DNA from: Dehalococcoidia bacterium
GTDB lineage: Bacteria; Chloroflexota; Dehalococcoidia; Plut-88900
Reading direction: 5' to 3'
NCBI GenBank assembly: GCA_965197585.1
Contig: OZ240215.1
Span: 448,001-512,000, forward strand
DNA: 64,000 nt
Every line of letters begins with the position of its first letter. Within the stretch, counting starts at the first letter, position 1. Positions 9,088 through 19,258 of the stretch are shown here, in pieces. The position numbers were made by a program, and so were the translations under genes. The notes under the pieces were generated by a model that had not been told where the DNA came from, made no database searches, and saw only the letters and a program-made list of their open reading frames with translations.

Positions 9088-10380
9088 TCAACTCCCTCTT
9101 CTAAGCACCCGCACCCGACCCGTCAACAGCGCATTTGACGCAGACTCTTTCAGCTTTCGCAACCCCTCCCCTGCCCCTCGCCCATTTTCTATCAACTCGT
9201 CTGAGGAGTCCAGAATGGCAGCAATGTTTTTCTGTTCGGGAAGAGACGGCAGGGGAATCAGAATCTTCTTCAATCGAGACCCAGTGATTGACGGCACCGT
9301 ACTTACATTTGCGAATTCGGAGAGATCGATTGACTCAAACCACGCATAAAGATATCTGTAATCGCACCTCTGTCCTTCAGTTACAGTGATACCGACCATA
9401 TTGTTGTCGATAATAGTCGGAATACTCAATACTCTCTTCTTGTTAGTAGCTATAGCTGCCCCTACTTTAGGAAATACTATGCTTCCATACTGGAATATAT
9501 TTGCACCAAGTTCCTCAATGTCATTTAGGTCAACATAGTTATTGGCGCGACGTATGTAGCTCTCGTTGCCTTCCAAGGTCATGTCTGAGACCTTGATGAA
9601 GGGGAATTCACCTTGACGGCGTCCTTGTCTGTTCAGTGGAAAGCCAACGCCTCCCTTAACATCAGCAAATTCTCCCAGGGGGGTCACCTCCCAGTCAGTA
9701 GGGATGGTGCCTAGGCCCGGGACCTCTTTCCATTCGGTGTGGTGGCCGGGGAGGCCTCGGGTGAGGAGGTTGTGGAGGAGGGAGTCTCGGAGTTGCTCGT
9801 TGGCGGAGACCAGGGCGTCGGTGGCTTCGATGGCGTGGTCGATGGAGTCGAGGATGTTGGCGATGGCTCGCTGCTCGGGGAGGGGTGGGAGGAGGAGAGA
9901 TAAGGCATGCAATTCGTTCTTAGTGACGCCTTGTATGGTAGTACCTCGGGACTTACGTCGAAGTGATGTCGCTTCCCGTAACAATTGGCGGCAAAGAAAG
10001 CCTGGGTCTACATCATCGTTAGATGTTAAGCGGGTGATGTCTTGACTGGCTCCCATAACCTCAGTGGTCAATCCTGCGAGTCCTACTCTTGTTCTGGTGG
10101 CAAGCAACAGTGTCCCAGGTTCGCAAACTACTGTTTGACCTGAATGGAGCCCTTCGATAGTAAGGAATGAGCGGGCGTGCCTCCTGCTTAAGCGAAAGTC
10201 GGTTAAGTCAGCGCCCGTTAGGAACGGAATTTCTCCATTCCAATAGTCCGCCTCATTCTTGCGGGGAGTTCCTCCCTGACTTGTGGTCACTACGTCCCCT
10301 AAGGCCACGACGCACCACCCGTCTGGGACGAAACTATCTGACGATGCTGCAGTTCTTGAATTGGACAACGCCGTTGACAT
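9088..10380 (-). CDS. hsdS: Type I R-M specificity subunit
   Basis: Two TRDs, each starting with P.(G/D)W....LG and ending with LP.LPEQ..IA.ILDS.D; C-terminal LLTG. Confidence 0.95.
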   Translation of the reverse strand: MSTALSNSRTAASSDSFVPDGWCVVALGDVVTTSQGGTPRKNEADYWNGEIPFLTGADLTDFRLSRRHARSFLTIEGLHSGQTVVCEPGTLLLATRTRVGLAGLTTEVMGASQDITRLTSNDDVDPGFLCRQLLREATSLRRKSRGTTIQGVTKNELHALSLLLPPLPEQRAIANILDSIDHAIEATDALVSANEQLRDSLLHNLLTRGLPGHHTEWKEVPGLGTIPTDWEVTPLGEFADVKGGVGFPLNRQGRRQGEFPFIKVSDMTLEGNESYIRRANNYVDLNDIEELGANIFQYGSIVFPKVGAAIATNKKRVLSIPTIIDNNMVGITVTEGQRCDYRYLYAWFESIDLSEFANVSTVPSITGSRLKKILIPLPSLPEQKNIAAILDSSDELIENGRGAGEGLRKLKESASNALLTGRVRVLRRGS

Positions 10381-10768
10381 CTTCTAAATCACCCAAGAGT
10401 TTCGCAACGGAACCAGCACTTAGGCTCACAACCTGGGAATCTCGGCGGAACTTGCACTCAATGTATTTGTCTGGCCCCCCATATACCTCCTTGATGTGGA
10501 ACTGAACCGTGGATCCCGTGATATTGGTTATGGGGCCTTCGAATACACTGGACCTTTCAGCGTTCTTATAGGTCTCGACCCGAGTGGGATTTCGAGCCAA
10601 TTCATCTTGATAAAACTGGTACAACTCCTTGACGGGCATACTCGTGGGCAGGGGAGTAGGGGTAGGCACAGGAGTAGCGGTTGAGGCAGGCCCACAATAT
10701 GATGATAACAGCAACGCCACTCCTGCTAACGCCAGTAAACCGATCGTCGAATTCTTGGGGAATTTCAA
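10334..10768 (-). CDS. Exported OB-fold (tRNA_anti-like) protein
   Basis: AAGGAG then TTG start; hydrophobic signal; PTPTP linker; ELYQFY...G.I..I...IECKF...G.....V....C. Confidence 0.6.
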   Translation of the reverse strand: MKFPKNSTIGLLALAGVALLLSSYCGPASTATPVPTPTPLPTSMPVKELYQFYQDELARNPTRVETYKNAERSSVFEGPITNITGSTVQFHIKEVYGGPDKYIECKFRRDSQVVSLSAGSVAKLLGDLEDVNGVVQFKNCSIVR

Positions 10769-10880
10769 TTTACAAACTCCTTTGCAATGTTGAATTGAAT
10801 CATGGCATCCACTGAACTCAGGTAAAATGGCCAGTTGAGGACTTGGTCGTCGGCAATGAAGACAACGCTCATATGGCTCC

Positions 10881-11909
10881 TTATCGGTGGTAGCCCAGCT
10901 CTGCAAGCAGAGCGTCCATCTTGGCAACGGCCTCGTCCCGGCGTTTTTCGGCCTCCCGGAGTTGGACCAACGCTTCCTCGACACTCATTACCTCTACCGG
11001 CTCCGTTGTGTCCACGTAGCGGCTGATGTTCAGGTTGAAGTCGTTGGCCTTGATCTCGTCCAGATCGGCGACGTGGGCGAAGCGGTCCACCTCCTCGAAG
11101 GCTTCATAGGCCTCGACGATCTTCTCGATGTGCTCCTTGTAGAGGAAGTTCTGGGCCTTGCCCTGCCGGAAGTAGTCCGGCTGGGCCGCGTCGATGAAGA
11201 GGACCTTTCCGCGTCGGGGTTCGGGCTTGGCCTTGTTCAGCACGCAAATGGCTACCGGGATGCTCGCCCCGAAGAAGAGGTTCGGGGCCAGGCCGATGAT
11301 AGCCTCGAACATGTCCGCCTCGACTATCCCCTGCCGGATCTTTCCCTCTGCGCCACCCCGGAAGAGGATGCCGTGGGGCATGACCACGCCGACCTGCACC
11401 GCCTGTCCCTGTACGAGATTGTACGCAGCGACCTCGCCGGAATACGGACTCGCAACAACCTCGCCGGACGCCCGAAGCGACTCCAACTCCAGCAACTCCG
11501 AACGGGCTAGGGCCAGGGCATCGGGAGCCGCATCGGGATTCGCTTCGAGAGTCGAGAGCCGGGCGCGAGCGAGTGCCACGTGCCGGCTCAGCTCGGGTAT
11601 CTTGATAAAGGCGATGGGCTGCCCCACCTCTACCGGGTCGCCCACATCGACCGGCACGTCGATGACGTTGCCCGTGATGTCGGAGATGACCGTGTAGCGT
11701 TCACCAGGCTGCGCGAGGACGCACTCGGAAGACAGGCTCCTCTCGACGCTTCCAAACAGGCCCCAGGCAACGAGGCCCAACAGCGCAATCCCCAGCCCGG
11801 CCACGATCACCCATTCATGGGGAGCCGTGACACGCAGCAGACCGTCTAGGGGCTCCGTCTGCCCCCTGCGCGCGAATGCCTCCTCGCGGAATAGCCGTCT
11901 CCTCGCCAA
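10881..11909 (-). pseudogene. In-frame chimera: N-terminal half of an NHLP-type HlyD secretion protein fused to the C-terminal part of HsdM
   Basis: LFREEAF..EPLDGLLRVTAPHEW, TM helix and lipoyl-like hairpin, then GVVMPHGILFRGGAE...NLFFGASIP...VLFIDA...FNLNISRYV; no SAM-binding or NPPF motif. Confidence 0.85.
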
Positions 11910-12494
11910 ATGTCCATTCCCCCACGCGCTCTTTCTGGCGAGCGTTCAGGTCTCAGGCTCATGCGTCATCAGTGAAGCCGACACGGGTTCTGGTGAGCGC
12001 CGCGCCGGACTTCAGAGTTGCTCGTCGGAGCGCCTGATGTCCGTTCTGAACCCAGGGGAGAACACTTAGAGCGGGTGAAAGAGTGCCGGGTTGTGTTAGG
12101 GTAGGATGCCCGGCGAGTTGCTCCGATGTCTCGGGGCACCTTTTAGTCGGCCCCTCTTCTGAATCGAACGGAATCCTCTCGCGCCATCCGAGCTTCCATA
12201 GTCTATATTTTCGTAGTGTCAACGGTCAATGCAACGCGGCGAACCATCGACACCTGAGAATAGTCAGCGGCGCGGTACACACTTGCCTCTGGTCTGAGCG
12301 ACTTCTCGTGTTGAGGACGCGCCGTCGAGGCCGGTGCGACCGGCCCTGTCTTCGTCGGGGCGCATCAGCGAAAATGGGATTGCACCGCCCTTGTACCCGC
12401 TGGTGGGTGTGGCGTGGCCGCCCCCGATGAAGTGGTTGAGCCTCCAACCCTGGCGGGCCGGAGGCACCTGGGGCCTATCCGGTGTGGCCTGAGC

Positions 12495-12605
12495 GACTCC
12501 TTATATTAGGACCTCCCAGCGAAAAGTTCGCAATTCAGTCTTATCAGGCCCACGACACTGGACTCCTTACAGCAGGACCTCCCAGCGAAAAGTTCGCAGT
12601 ACAGT
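12495..12605 (+). repeat. Imperfect 45-bp direct repeat, two copies, period 66
   Basis: GACTCCTTA-N4-AGGACCTCCCAGCGAAAAGTTCGCA-N-T-N-CAGT at 12495 and 12561. Confidence 0.9.
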
Positions 12606-12615
12606 ACACTCTGGC

Positions 12616-12647
12616 CCCACCAGACTTGGCAAAATCAAGAACCTTCA
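12616..12647 (+). repeat. 32-bp repeat, copy A (copy B at 18363)
   Basis: CCCACCAGACTTGGCAAAATCAAGAACCTTCA; 30/32 identical to copy B. Confidence 0.9.
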
Positions 12648-12957
12648 CAATCAGGTTTTCTTTGTTGGTGTAATCGGTCATACATCCCCACACTACCCAA
12701 ACGCGAGTACCCATGCCTCTGCAGACGAAGCAGGGGCATTACTAGTGAACCAACCACCGCACGGAAACCCTGCCTGATAGTGCCCAAACAACACTCCGCT
12801 CGGCAGACCTGAACGCGAACGATGCTGACACGCCGCGTGCTTGCCCCTTTCTCTGCATCCTCACTATCATGTTATTCAAGAAAGTGGGGCTGTATCCGAA
12901 GTCCAAGTAAGTTACTCTACTTTTACCGGCGTTCAACGAAACTAGACGGCTGGAATA

Positions 12958-15900
12958 ATGTGTATGGGCTACTGTGATTCAGAGGATACAAACATCCCGG
13001 AAGAGACACTTAGTAACACTGGTTCATCGGAGTCGTTGGTGGGCATGAGTCCCTACGCCACTGGCGGAGGGGGCTTCACTTTTGAGCGGAAGGTGGCGGT
13101 CAAGTACTTGGCCCATCTCCTACTTGGCGACGGAGCGGTCGAATTCGGAGAAGGTCGACTTGCCGTCAACGTGGAGTTCCAGCAGGCTCCAGACTATCCA
13201 GTAGACGACTTGGTCATTCGCGCAGCGCGCCCTGAGGAGGCACAACCATCATTGGAACTCGCACTCGGAGTTCGCCGTTCACCGAATCTGGTGCGGAGTG
13301 ATGTGTCAACCCAGAAGTTGATCCGGGAGTTCGTTCGTGCCGTGATCAACGGAACTGCCGATTGTCTGGAATCACGCGTAGGGCTGGTCGTAGCAGGACC
13401 GCAGAAACACGCACAGCAACTAGGAAGCCTAGCTGGTCTTGCTGCAGCTCAGATGGATGCGCCCGGGTTCTTTGACCTAGTCCACACGCCAAAAAAATTC
13501 GATGAAGGGGTTCGAGGCCGACTTGAACACATGGAAAGCCTAGTAGAGAAAGCGCTGCGCGACCTCGGCGAGGCAAATCCTGATGCGGCACTGGTTCGGC
13601 AGCGCACGTGGCAACTGCTCTCGCGGCTCACTGTCCTGATGCCGCGGCTTGAGTCTCCGGATGAAACTGATTGGTCGGAAGTCGAGAACAAGTTAATACC
13701 TGTGGCGCGAGGCATAAGTCTGCCAGGAGCGGAGAAGTTACGCGACCGACTCTTCACCTTGGCTAGTGATTATTCTCCGAGATCTGCGAGAGTCGATCTC
13801 ACGATTTTGCGCCGTGATGCGCATGAAACTCTGGACACGAACTACCGGCGCCACCAGCAAGGATGGCAGATTCTCGATCATCTTCACGGTAGTGCGCTTC
13901 AGTCGTTGCGCTACGAGGTTACAGACAGCGACAGAATTCGCCGCGTGAGTCTTGATCGAAGTGCCGCAACCGACCGTCTCATCACAGCAGTTGGCGAGGT
14001 TGACGCTGTCATCGTAGTAGGTGAATCGGGTGTGGGGAAGAGCGCACTAACCGTTCGAGCTCTCAGTGCCGGGGACACTGACACAATGGGAGTTTTGTGC
14101 ATCAACCTACGACAGATACCGAGGCTGACAGTTGAATTCGAGGCTAGACTGGGCCTTCCCCTCGCCAATCTATTAGGGGAATTGAGCGCACCACTCCGTG
14201 TGCTTGTAATTGATGGAGCGGACGCCATCGCCGAAGGTATGGAAGACGCTTTCCGCTACCTGGTCATCTCCGCTGAGGAAAGCGGAGTGAAAGTCGTGGC
14301 TGTCTCCGGCATGGATGGCATGCAGGTCGTTGACGACATACTCACCGATCGCTTCGGTGACGGTGTGGTTAAGTTTCCGGTGGAATCATTAACCGACACC
14401 GAGCTAGAAGAAATAGTTGAGGCCTTCCCAGAACTGATAGGGCTCACCTCCAATCCCCAATCGCGGGAGCTATTACGGCGGCTCGTAGTAGTAGACCTAC
14501 TTGTTCGTGGCCAACTTGGAGGAGTTCCGCTTAGTGATGCGGACGCGATGCTGGAAGTTTGGTCGGGTCTCGTTCGTCGACATGAATGGTTGGATAAGGG
14601 ACATCCGGACGCCCGGGAGTCCGTGCTCCTGCGATTGGGAGAGTATTCTCTCAATGGCGGCGATAGGCTCGGAGTCATCGATCAACTCGACACGACCGCT
14701 ATCACTGGGTTGCGGCAGGACGGCTTGCTGCAAGCGTCAACTGACAATCCTTTCGTTAGTGGACCCGACTTCGCTCACGATGAGGTGCGCCGCTACTCGG
14801 TCGCTCGTCTGCTCATGCTCGAAAGAGACCCAGCCAAGAGTATCTTGCGCGCCGGAGCGCCGCGATGGGCGCTTGGGGCCGCGAGACTAGCGTGTCAGGC
14901 GTTGTTACAGGAGCCAGACGGAGCCACGTCACCGCTCCGCGGCAGATTCGATGCCTTGCAGGCCTCCTTCGACGCCCTCATACAAGCGAAACATGGGACC
15001 CGCTGGGGCGATGTGCCTAGTGAAGCCTTGCTTTCTCTCGCTGATCCTAGTGAAGTCCTCCGGGACGCGTGGGGTGCATTGCGCTCAAATGATGACGCGG
15101 GACTGAAACGGCTAGTTAGGCTTGTAGATCAGCGACATCGCGATAACAGCGGCATAGCAAATCTCGTTGTGGTAGAGCCAATAATCACGCTATTCCTAGA
15201 AGCCAGTGCGCCATGGCAGTCTGGCGATTTCTCCAGCAATCTACTGAGGCAATGGCTGATTGCGCACATAGTTGCGGGGACTCCGGCCGGATATCCTTTG
15301 CGCATTCTGCTTCGTGAGCGTCTCCTGAAAGCATATGTCGAAGGAGATTATCTGCTTCGGGAACAACAAAAGGCAGAGGAAGCAGCCCGAGTCGCTCGAA
15401 CGCTGGAGGAGGCCGAGGAAGAGCGCCCGCTCATGAAAGGCCCCCGCGACCTTTCTTCGACTATAGGCTACGGTGGACGCCAACGGCGCCAGCGGCCAGC
15501 AGTTCCTCGTGAGTGTAGAGACGAGGTATTCGTGGAACTGCTGGCTTTACTCGGGCCAGATCTAGGTGAGGAGGGAGAAAAAATCCTTCTCAGGATCGCT
15601 CGTGACGCACCTTCTTGTCTAGCTCCCGCGTTGGAGGAGTCACTAACGGGAGACGCACTCGCTGGCTATCGCCGCGGCCTCCTGGCCCATCTGACCCAGG
15701 CATACTACCTTGACGACGAGGCGGATGCTTCAGCATTTCTTAACGACTACGGGATCCGTGGTCACCGAAGCCGAAGACGAAGGGTGTTTGGGCCTCCCGC
15801 TGCTTGGTACCTTGGACCGTTTACGAGTTTATTTTTTTCTGACTTCCGCAACGGCGTCCGGGTACTCAACCTAATGCTCAACCACGCTGCGATCATTCGT

Positions 15901-18183
15901 GCACGCACTGTTGCCCGCCTGATTAGCATTACCGAAGACCATCGCGACATGGATGTCGAGCCTTACAGGGCACACCTAGGAATCACTGGAGCGAGTCAAG
16001 CATATGCCGGCGACGACCAAGTTTGGAGATGGTACCGAGGGACAGGAGTTGGCCCTTATCCATGCATGAGCGCATTGCAAGCACTTGAGCGTACGTGCGA
16101 CCAAATGATAAGAGTTGGCATTCCGATTACAACTCTGGTTTCGGTGCTGCTCGATGGTTGTGAGAACCTTGCGATGGTCGGCCTCGTCCTCGGTATTTTG
16201 GTGAGGCACGTTGAGCAAGCAGACTATTTACTATATCCGTACTTCACAGAACCTATCCTCTGGAGGCTTGAGTTCAGGCGAGTAGTCGACGAACAAGGCA
16301 TGTTTGCAGCCAGCTCTGAAGGAATCGAGGCACCCGACCGGCGCAAATGGTCGCTGCGAGAAGCAGCGATGTCCATGGCATTGGGAGCCACGGACGAGCG
16401 AGCCGAGGATCTTCGGTTGTTAGGAGAAACACTTATCGAAACAGCACGTCGAGAAATCAAGCAAGGACAAAGCGAAGATGGAATAGAGAATCAGGCCAAT
16501 GGCGGCGAAGACATTGAACAGCTCTTGGCACCTGTCCGTGCATGGGCCAGTAGCCTCGACCGTAACAAGTTCCAGGTCCGAGAGGCTGCGGATGGACTAT
16601 ATATCCAGGCTACGCCACCTCACGAAGTCGTTAAAGCACTTGAACTTGCAAACGAGGATCTGGAGCGGACTTCAGAGGAGATTCGGCTCACGGTTCGCTA
16701 CTACGTAAATCGCAAAGAGACTGAAGCAGAAGGAATCGAGGCTGGGGAATTGGTGGTCGACTTAGAGTCCGCACGTATGTTACTGGAGAACCCTCCGACT
16801 GTCAGTGCACATCTTCCCTGGGATGTGCCGGCCCTAGTAGTTGCTGCGGCACTCGAGGCCTACGTACTACAACAAGTTGACCTGCCAGGTGATGCATTGA
16901 CGTTCGCCGTTGACACGGTGTTACAAGTCTCAGAGATTTCGGAAGATGAAGCGTTCCGGAGACCCTTCGAATTCGAGGGCACTCTATTCGAACAAGGCGC
17001 AGACCGCAGTGCCGCGAGGGTTGTGCCACTGCTACTGACACCTTCTGCTGAGCCTTTGCGCGCGATTGGGGCGTCCGCAGACGAGTCGGTCACCGTCAAG
17101 CGCATTTCTGACGCTGGCTTGCTCCTTGCACGAGCCGTAGCCGATGAAGTGCGGCTCCACCTCGCACGCGGACTTCACCACCTCTGGGCAACGCCGTGTG
17201 TTAACCACGGGACTTGCCATCATCATACAGGGTTCGAGATCGTCAACGAGACCTTGCGCGATTGCGCGCTCGGTGAATGGGATCCCGAGTTAGAAAGACG
17301 TTCTATAGTTTTGCTTGACGAACCTATATCCGTCTCACTAGCGAACACATCTGACGATGCCATTATTGTTAGTCGCCTTGATGCATCGATACGAGCACTA
17401 GCACCTGCGTCCGCGGCTAATATTTGCGTCTCCAGCTTTGCAAGGGAATTGCTTATGGTCGTCCTCACCACTCAGAGACGATGCTTGCTCAACTACAAAC
17501 ACCCCAGCGTGGATGATCGAGGAGATCACTCCCTTGTGAGTGCGCGAGCTTTGTTGACATTAGCCGAGCACGGCGATGATGGTCCCCTACACGAGCACAT
17601 TGGTGCTTATTCTTACAGCCCGGGTCTCCTGAGCAAGCTGCTTCAAGCGCTGTCGGCGGCAGCGGAAGAGACTGAAAACCTCGCCTCAACCGCACGGCGG
17701 ATCTGGCCAAGCGTGATCCGTCAGGTAATGGACATGCCATACGCAGGACATTCACTGTTACAGGGCAGAAACTATGAAGGGACACCCATATCAGTGCTCT
17801 TGCCAAATGCAACCCCGCAGAATTCATATCTATACCAAGAGATCCGAGGAATGCCAATCGTTTGGTGGGAACCACTGGCATTAAAGGCGGAAGTCGATAC
17901 ATGGATTGGGTCTGCAGTTGGGAAAGCAAGGTGTGCCGACCAACTCATAGGTTTTCTCAGGCCTCTTTCCGCAGAAGATCAGGCTCGCGTTGGGATACCT
18001 TGGTTGTCCACTATCGTATCAGGGAATCTTGGTGACATTGCCAAGAGTAGTTTCCTGTTGACTGATTGGCTGATTGAGACGCGTTCTGCTGCTGCCGCGG
18101 TCGGCCTCTCAGCTCAATGGCAGCAGATGGTTGACGCCCTCGTAGTTGAAGGAGTCGCAAGACTTGCGCCATATTCCGAATAG
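12958..18183 (+). CDS. Large STAND-like P-loop NTPase, probable defence protein
   Basis: Walker A GESGVGKS, Walker B VLVIDGAD, F.HD-like motif; N-terminal SPYATGGGGFTFE...VDDLVI domain; long helical C-terminus; true start uncertain. Confidence 0.75.
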   Translation: MCMGYCDSEDTNIPEETLSNTGSSESLVGMSPYATGGGGFTFERKVAVKYLAHLLLGDGAVEFGEGRLAVNVEFQQAPDYPVDDLVIRAARPEEAQPSLELALGVRRSPNLVRSDVSTQKLIREFVRAVINGTADCLESRVGLVVAGPQKHAQQLGSLAGLAAAQMDAPGFFDLVHTPKKFDEGVRGRLEHMESLVEKALRDLGEANPDAALVRQRTWQLLSRLTVLMPRLESPDETDWSEVENKLIPVARGISLPGAEKLRDRLFTLASDYSPRSARVDLTILRRDAHETLDTNYRRHQQGWQILDHLHGSALQSLRYEVTDSDRIRRVSLDRSAATDRLITAVGEVDAVIVVGESGVGKSALTVRALSAGDTDTMGVLCINLRQIPRLTVEFEARLGLPLANLLGELSAPLRVLVIDGADAIAEGMEDAFRYLVISAEESGVKVVAVSGMDGMQVVDDILTDRFGDGVVKFPVESLTDTELEEIVEAFPELIGLTSNPQSRELLRRLVVVDLLVRGQLGGVPLSDADAMLEVWSGLVRRHEWLDKGHPDARESVLLRLGEYSLNGGDRLGVIDQLDTTAITGLRQDGLLQASTDNPFVSGPDFAHDEVRRYSVARLLMLERDPAKSILRAGAPRWALGAARLACQALLQEPDGATSPLRGRFDALQASFDALIQAKHGTRWGDVPSEALLSLADPSEVLRDAWGALRSNDDAGLKRLVRLVDQRHRDNSGIANLVVVEPIITLFLEASAPWQSGDFSSNLLRQWLIAHIVAGTPAGYPLRILLRERLLKAYVEGDYLLREQQKAEEAARVARTLEEAEEERPLMKGPRDLSSTIGYGGRQRRQRPAVPRECRDEVFVELLALLGPDLGEEGEKILLRIARDAPSCLAPALEESLTGDALAGYRRGLLAHLTQAYYLDDEADASAFLNDYGIRGHRSRRRRVFGPPAAWYLGPFTSLFFSDFRNGVRVLNLMLNHAAIIRARTVARLISITEDHRDMDVEPYRAHLGITGASQAYAGDDQVWRWYRGTGVGPYPCMSALQALERTCDQMIRVGIPITTLVSVLLDGCENLAMVGLVLGILVRHVEQADYLLYPYFTEPILWRLEFRRVVDEQGMFAASSEGIEAPDRRKWSLREAAMSMALGATDERAEDLRLLGETLIETARREIKQGQSEDGIENQANGGEDIEQLLAPVRAWASSLDRNKFQVREAADGLYIQATPPHEVVKALELANEDLERTSEEIRLTVRYYVNRKETEAEGIEAGELVVDLESARMLLENPPTVSAHLPWDVPALVVAAALEAYVLQQVDLPGDALTFAVDTVLQVSEISEDEAFRRPFEFEGTLFEQGADRSAARVVPLLLTPSAEPLRAIGASADESVTVKRISDAGLLLARAVADEVRLHLARGLHHLWATPCVNHGTCHHHTGFEIVNETLRDCALGEWDPELERRSIVLLDEPISVSLANTSDDAIIVSRLDASIRALAPASAANICVSSFARELLMVVLTTQRRCLLNYKHPSVDDRGDHSLVSARALLTLAEHGDDGPLHEHIGAYSYSPGLLSKLLQALSAAAEETENLASTARRIWPSVIRQVMDMPYAGHSLLQGRNYEGTPISVLLPNATPQNSYLYQEIRGMPIVWWEPLALKAEVDTWIGSAVGKARCADQLIGFLRPLSAEDQARVGIPWLSTIVSGNLGDIAKSSFLLTDWLIETRSAAAAVGLSAQWQQMVDALVVEGVARLAPYSE

Positions 18184-18362
18184 TCCACATATGGAATTCA
18201 TGGCAACACGTGAGAGACGAACTGTCGGCCCCTCAACAACTGGTGTTGACGGGGTCGACATCTGATAGAGGAAGGTCGCTTGACTCATGCCGGGCGACTG
18301 CCGGCAATACTACACTAAGGCGAACCTCATTGCGGAATGGATTCGGATCCTATCCTTACCGA

Positions 18363-18394
18363 CCCACCAGACTTGACAAAATCAAGAACTTTCA
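18363..18394 (+). repeat. 32-bp repeat, copy B
   Basis: CCCACCAGACTTGACAAAATCAAGAACTTTCA. Confidence 0.9.
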
Positions 18395-18583
18395 TTTGAC
18401 GGACTCAATCGACACGGAAAACTTAAGTACTCGTGGGCGGTCGGTTTGGGTCCGTTCAAGCCAGGTCAGATTGTTAGACAGTAGTGTGCCACACAACAGC
18501 CTGCCGGAGAGGATGGGGCCGCTGGGACTATGCGTGATGCGAGCAGCGGCCCCGCGAGATTCCCTCCAAAGCGGCCCGCGTGG

Positions 18584-19258
18584 TCAATCATCCAGCAGCC
18601 CGTTCTGCGCAGCCCACACCACGACCTCCTGCTTCGAGTCGACGCCCAGCTTGATCTAAATGGTGTAGATGGCGTTTCGGACGGTGACCACCTTGACTCC
18701 CCTTGCCGCCGCAATCGCAACGTATGACATGCCCCGGCAGAACGACACAAGTATCTCCTTCTCCCTCTGGGTCAGGTTGACGTCCTTCGCTCTCGCCCCG
18801 CTCCGCATCCTGTGGAACACCCGCCTCACCACCTCGGTCGGCAGACGCCCCTCGCCCGCAGCCGCGCTCTTCATCATGCCCAGGACCTGGTCCATCCCGG
18901 CCACCTTCTGAAGATAGCCGGCCGCACCGGCGGCCACCGCCTCTATGACGGCGTTCGCCTCCGTCGAGGCGGTCAGCATGAGCACCCGTGTCTTGGGCAG
19001 AGACTCCATGATCTCCCGGCACGCCTCCACCCCGTCCATCTTGGGCATCATGACGTCCATGACGATCAAGTCGGGCGACAGCTCGGAGGCCGCCTTCACC
19101 GCCTCCACTCCGTCCCTGGCCTGCCCCACCACCTCGAACTCCTCGGACCGCTCCAGAATCACCTGAAGACCTTCCCGCGTGACTGAATGGTCGTCGGCGA
19201 GCAGCACCCTTATGCGACGAGACTCTGTTGACAATTTATCCCTCCTGTTGTCCGCCAC
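18584..19258 (-). pseudogene. NarL/LuxR-family response regulator with a premature TAG at 18656-18658
   Basis: VLLADDH...MDVMMP...YLQK receiver domain and LTQREKEIL HTH; the frame continues after the TAG as IKLGVDSKQEVVVWAAQNGLLDD*. Confidence 0.85.

Noticed and set aside
12495-12605. Possible mini-CRISPR (period 66)
   Set aside because: Only two units, repeat longer than the spacer, no cas genes in the window
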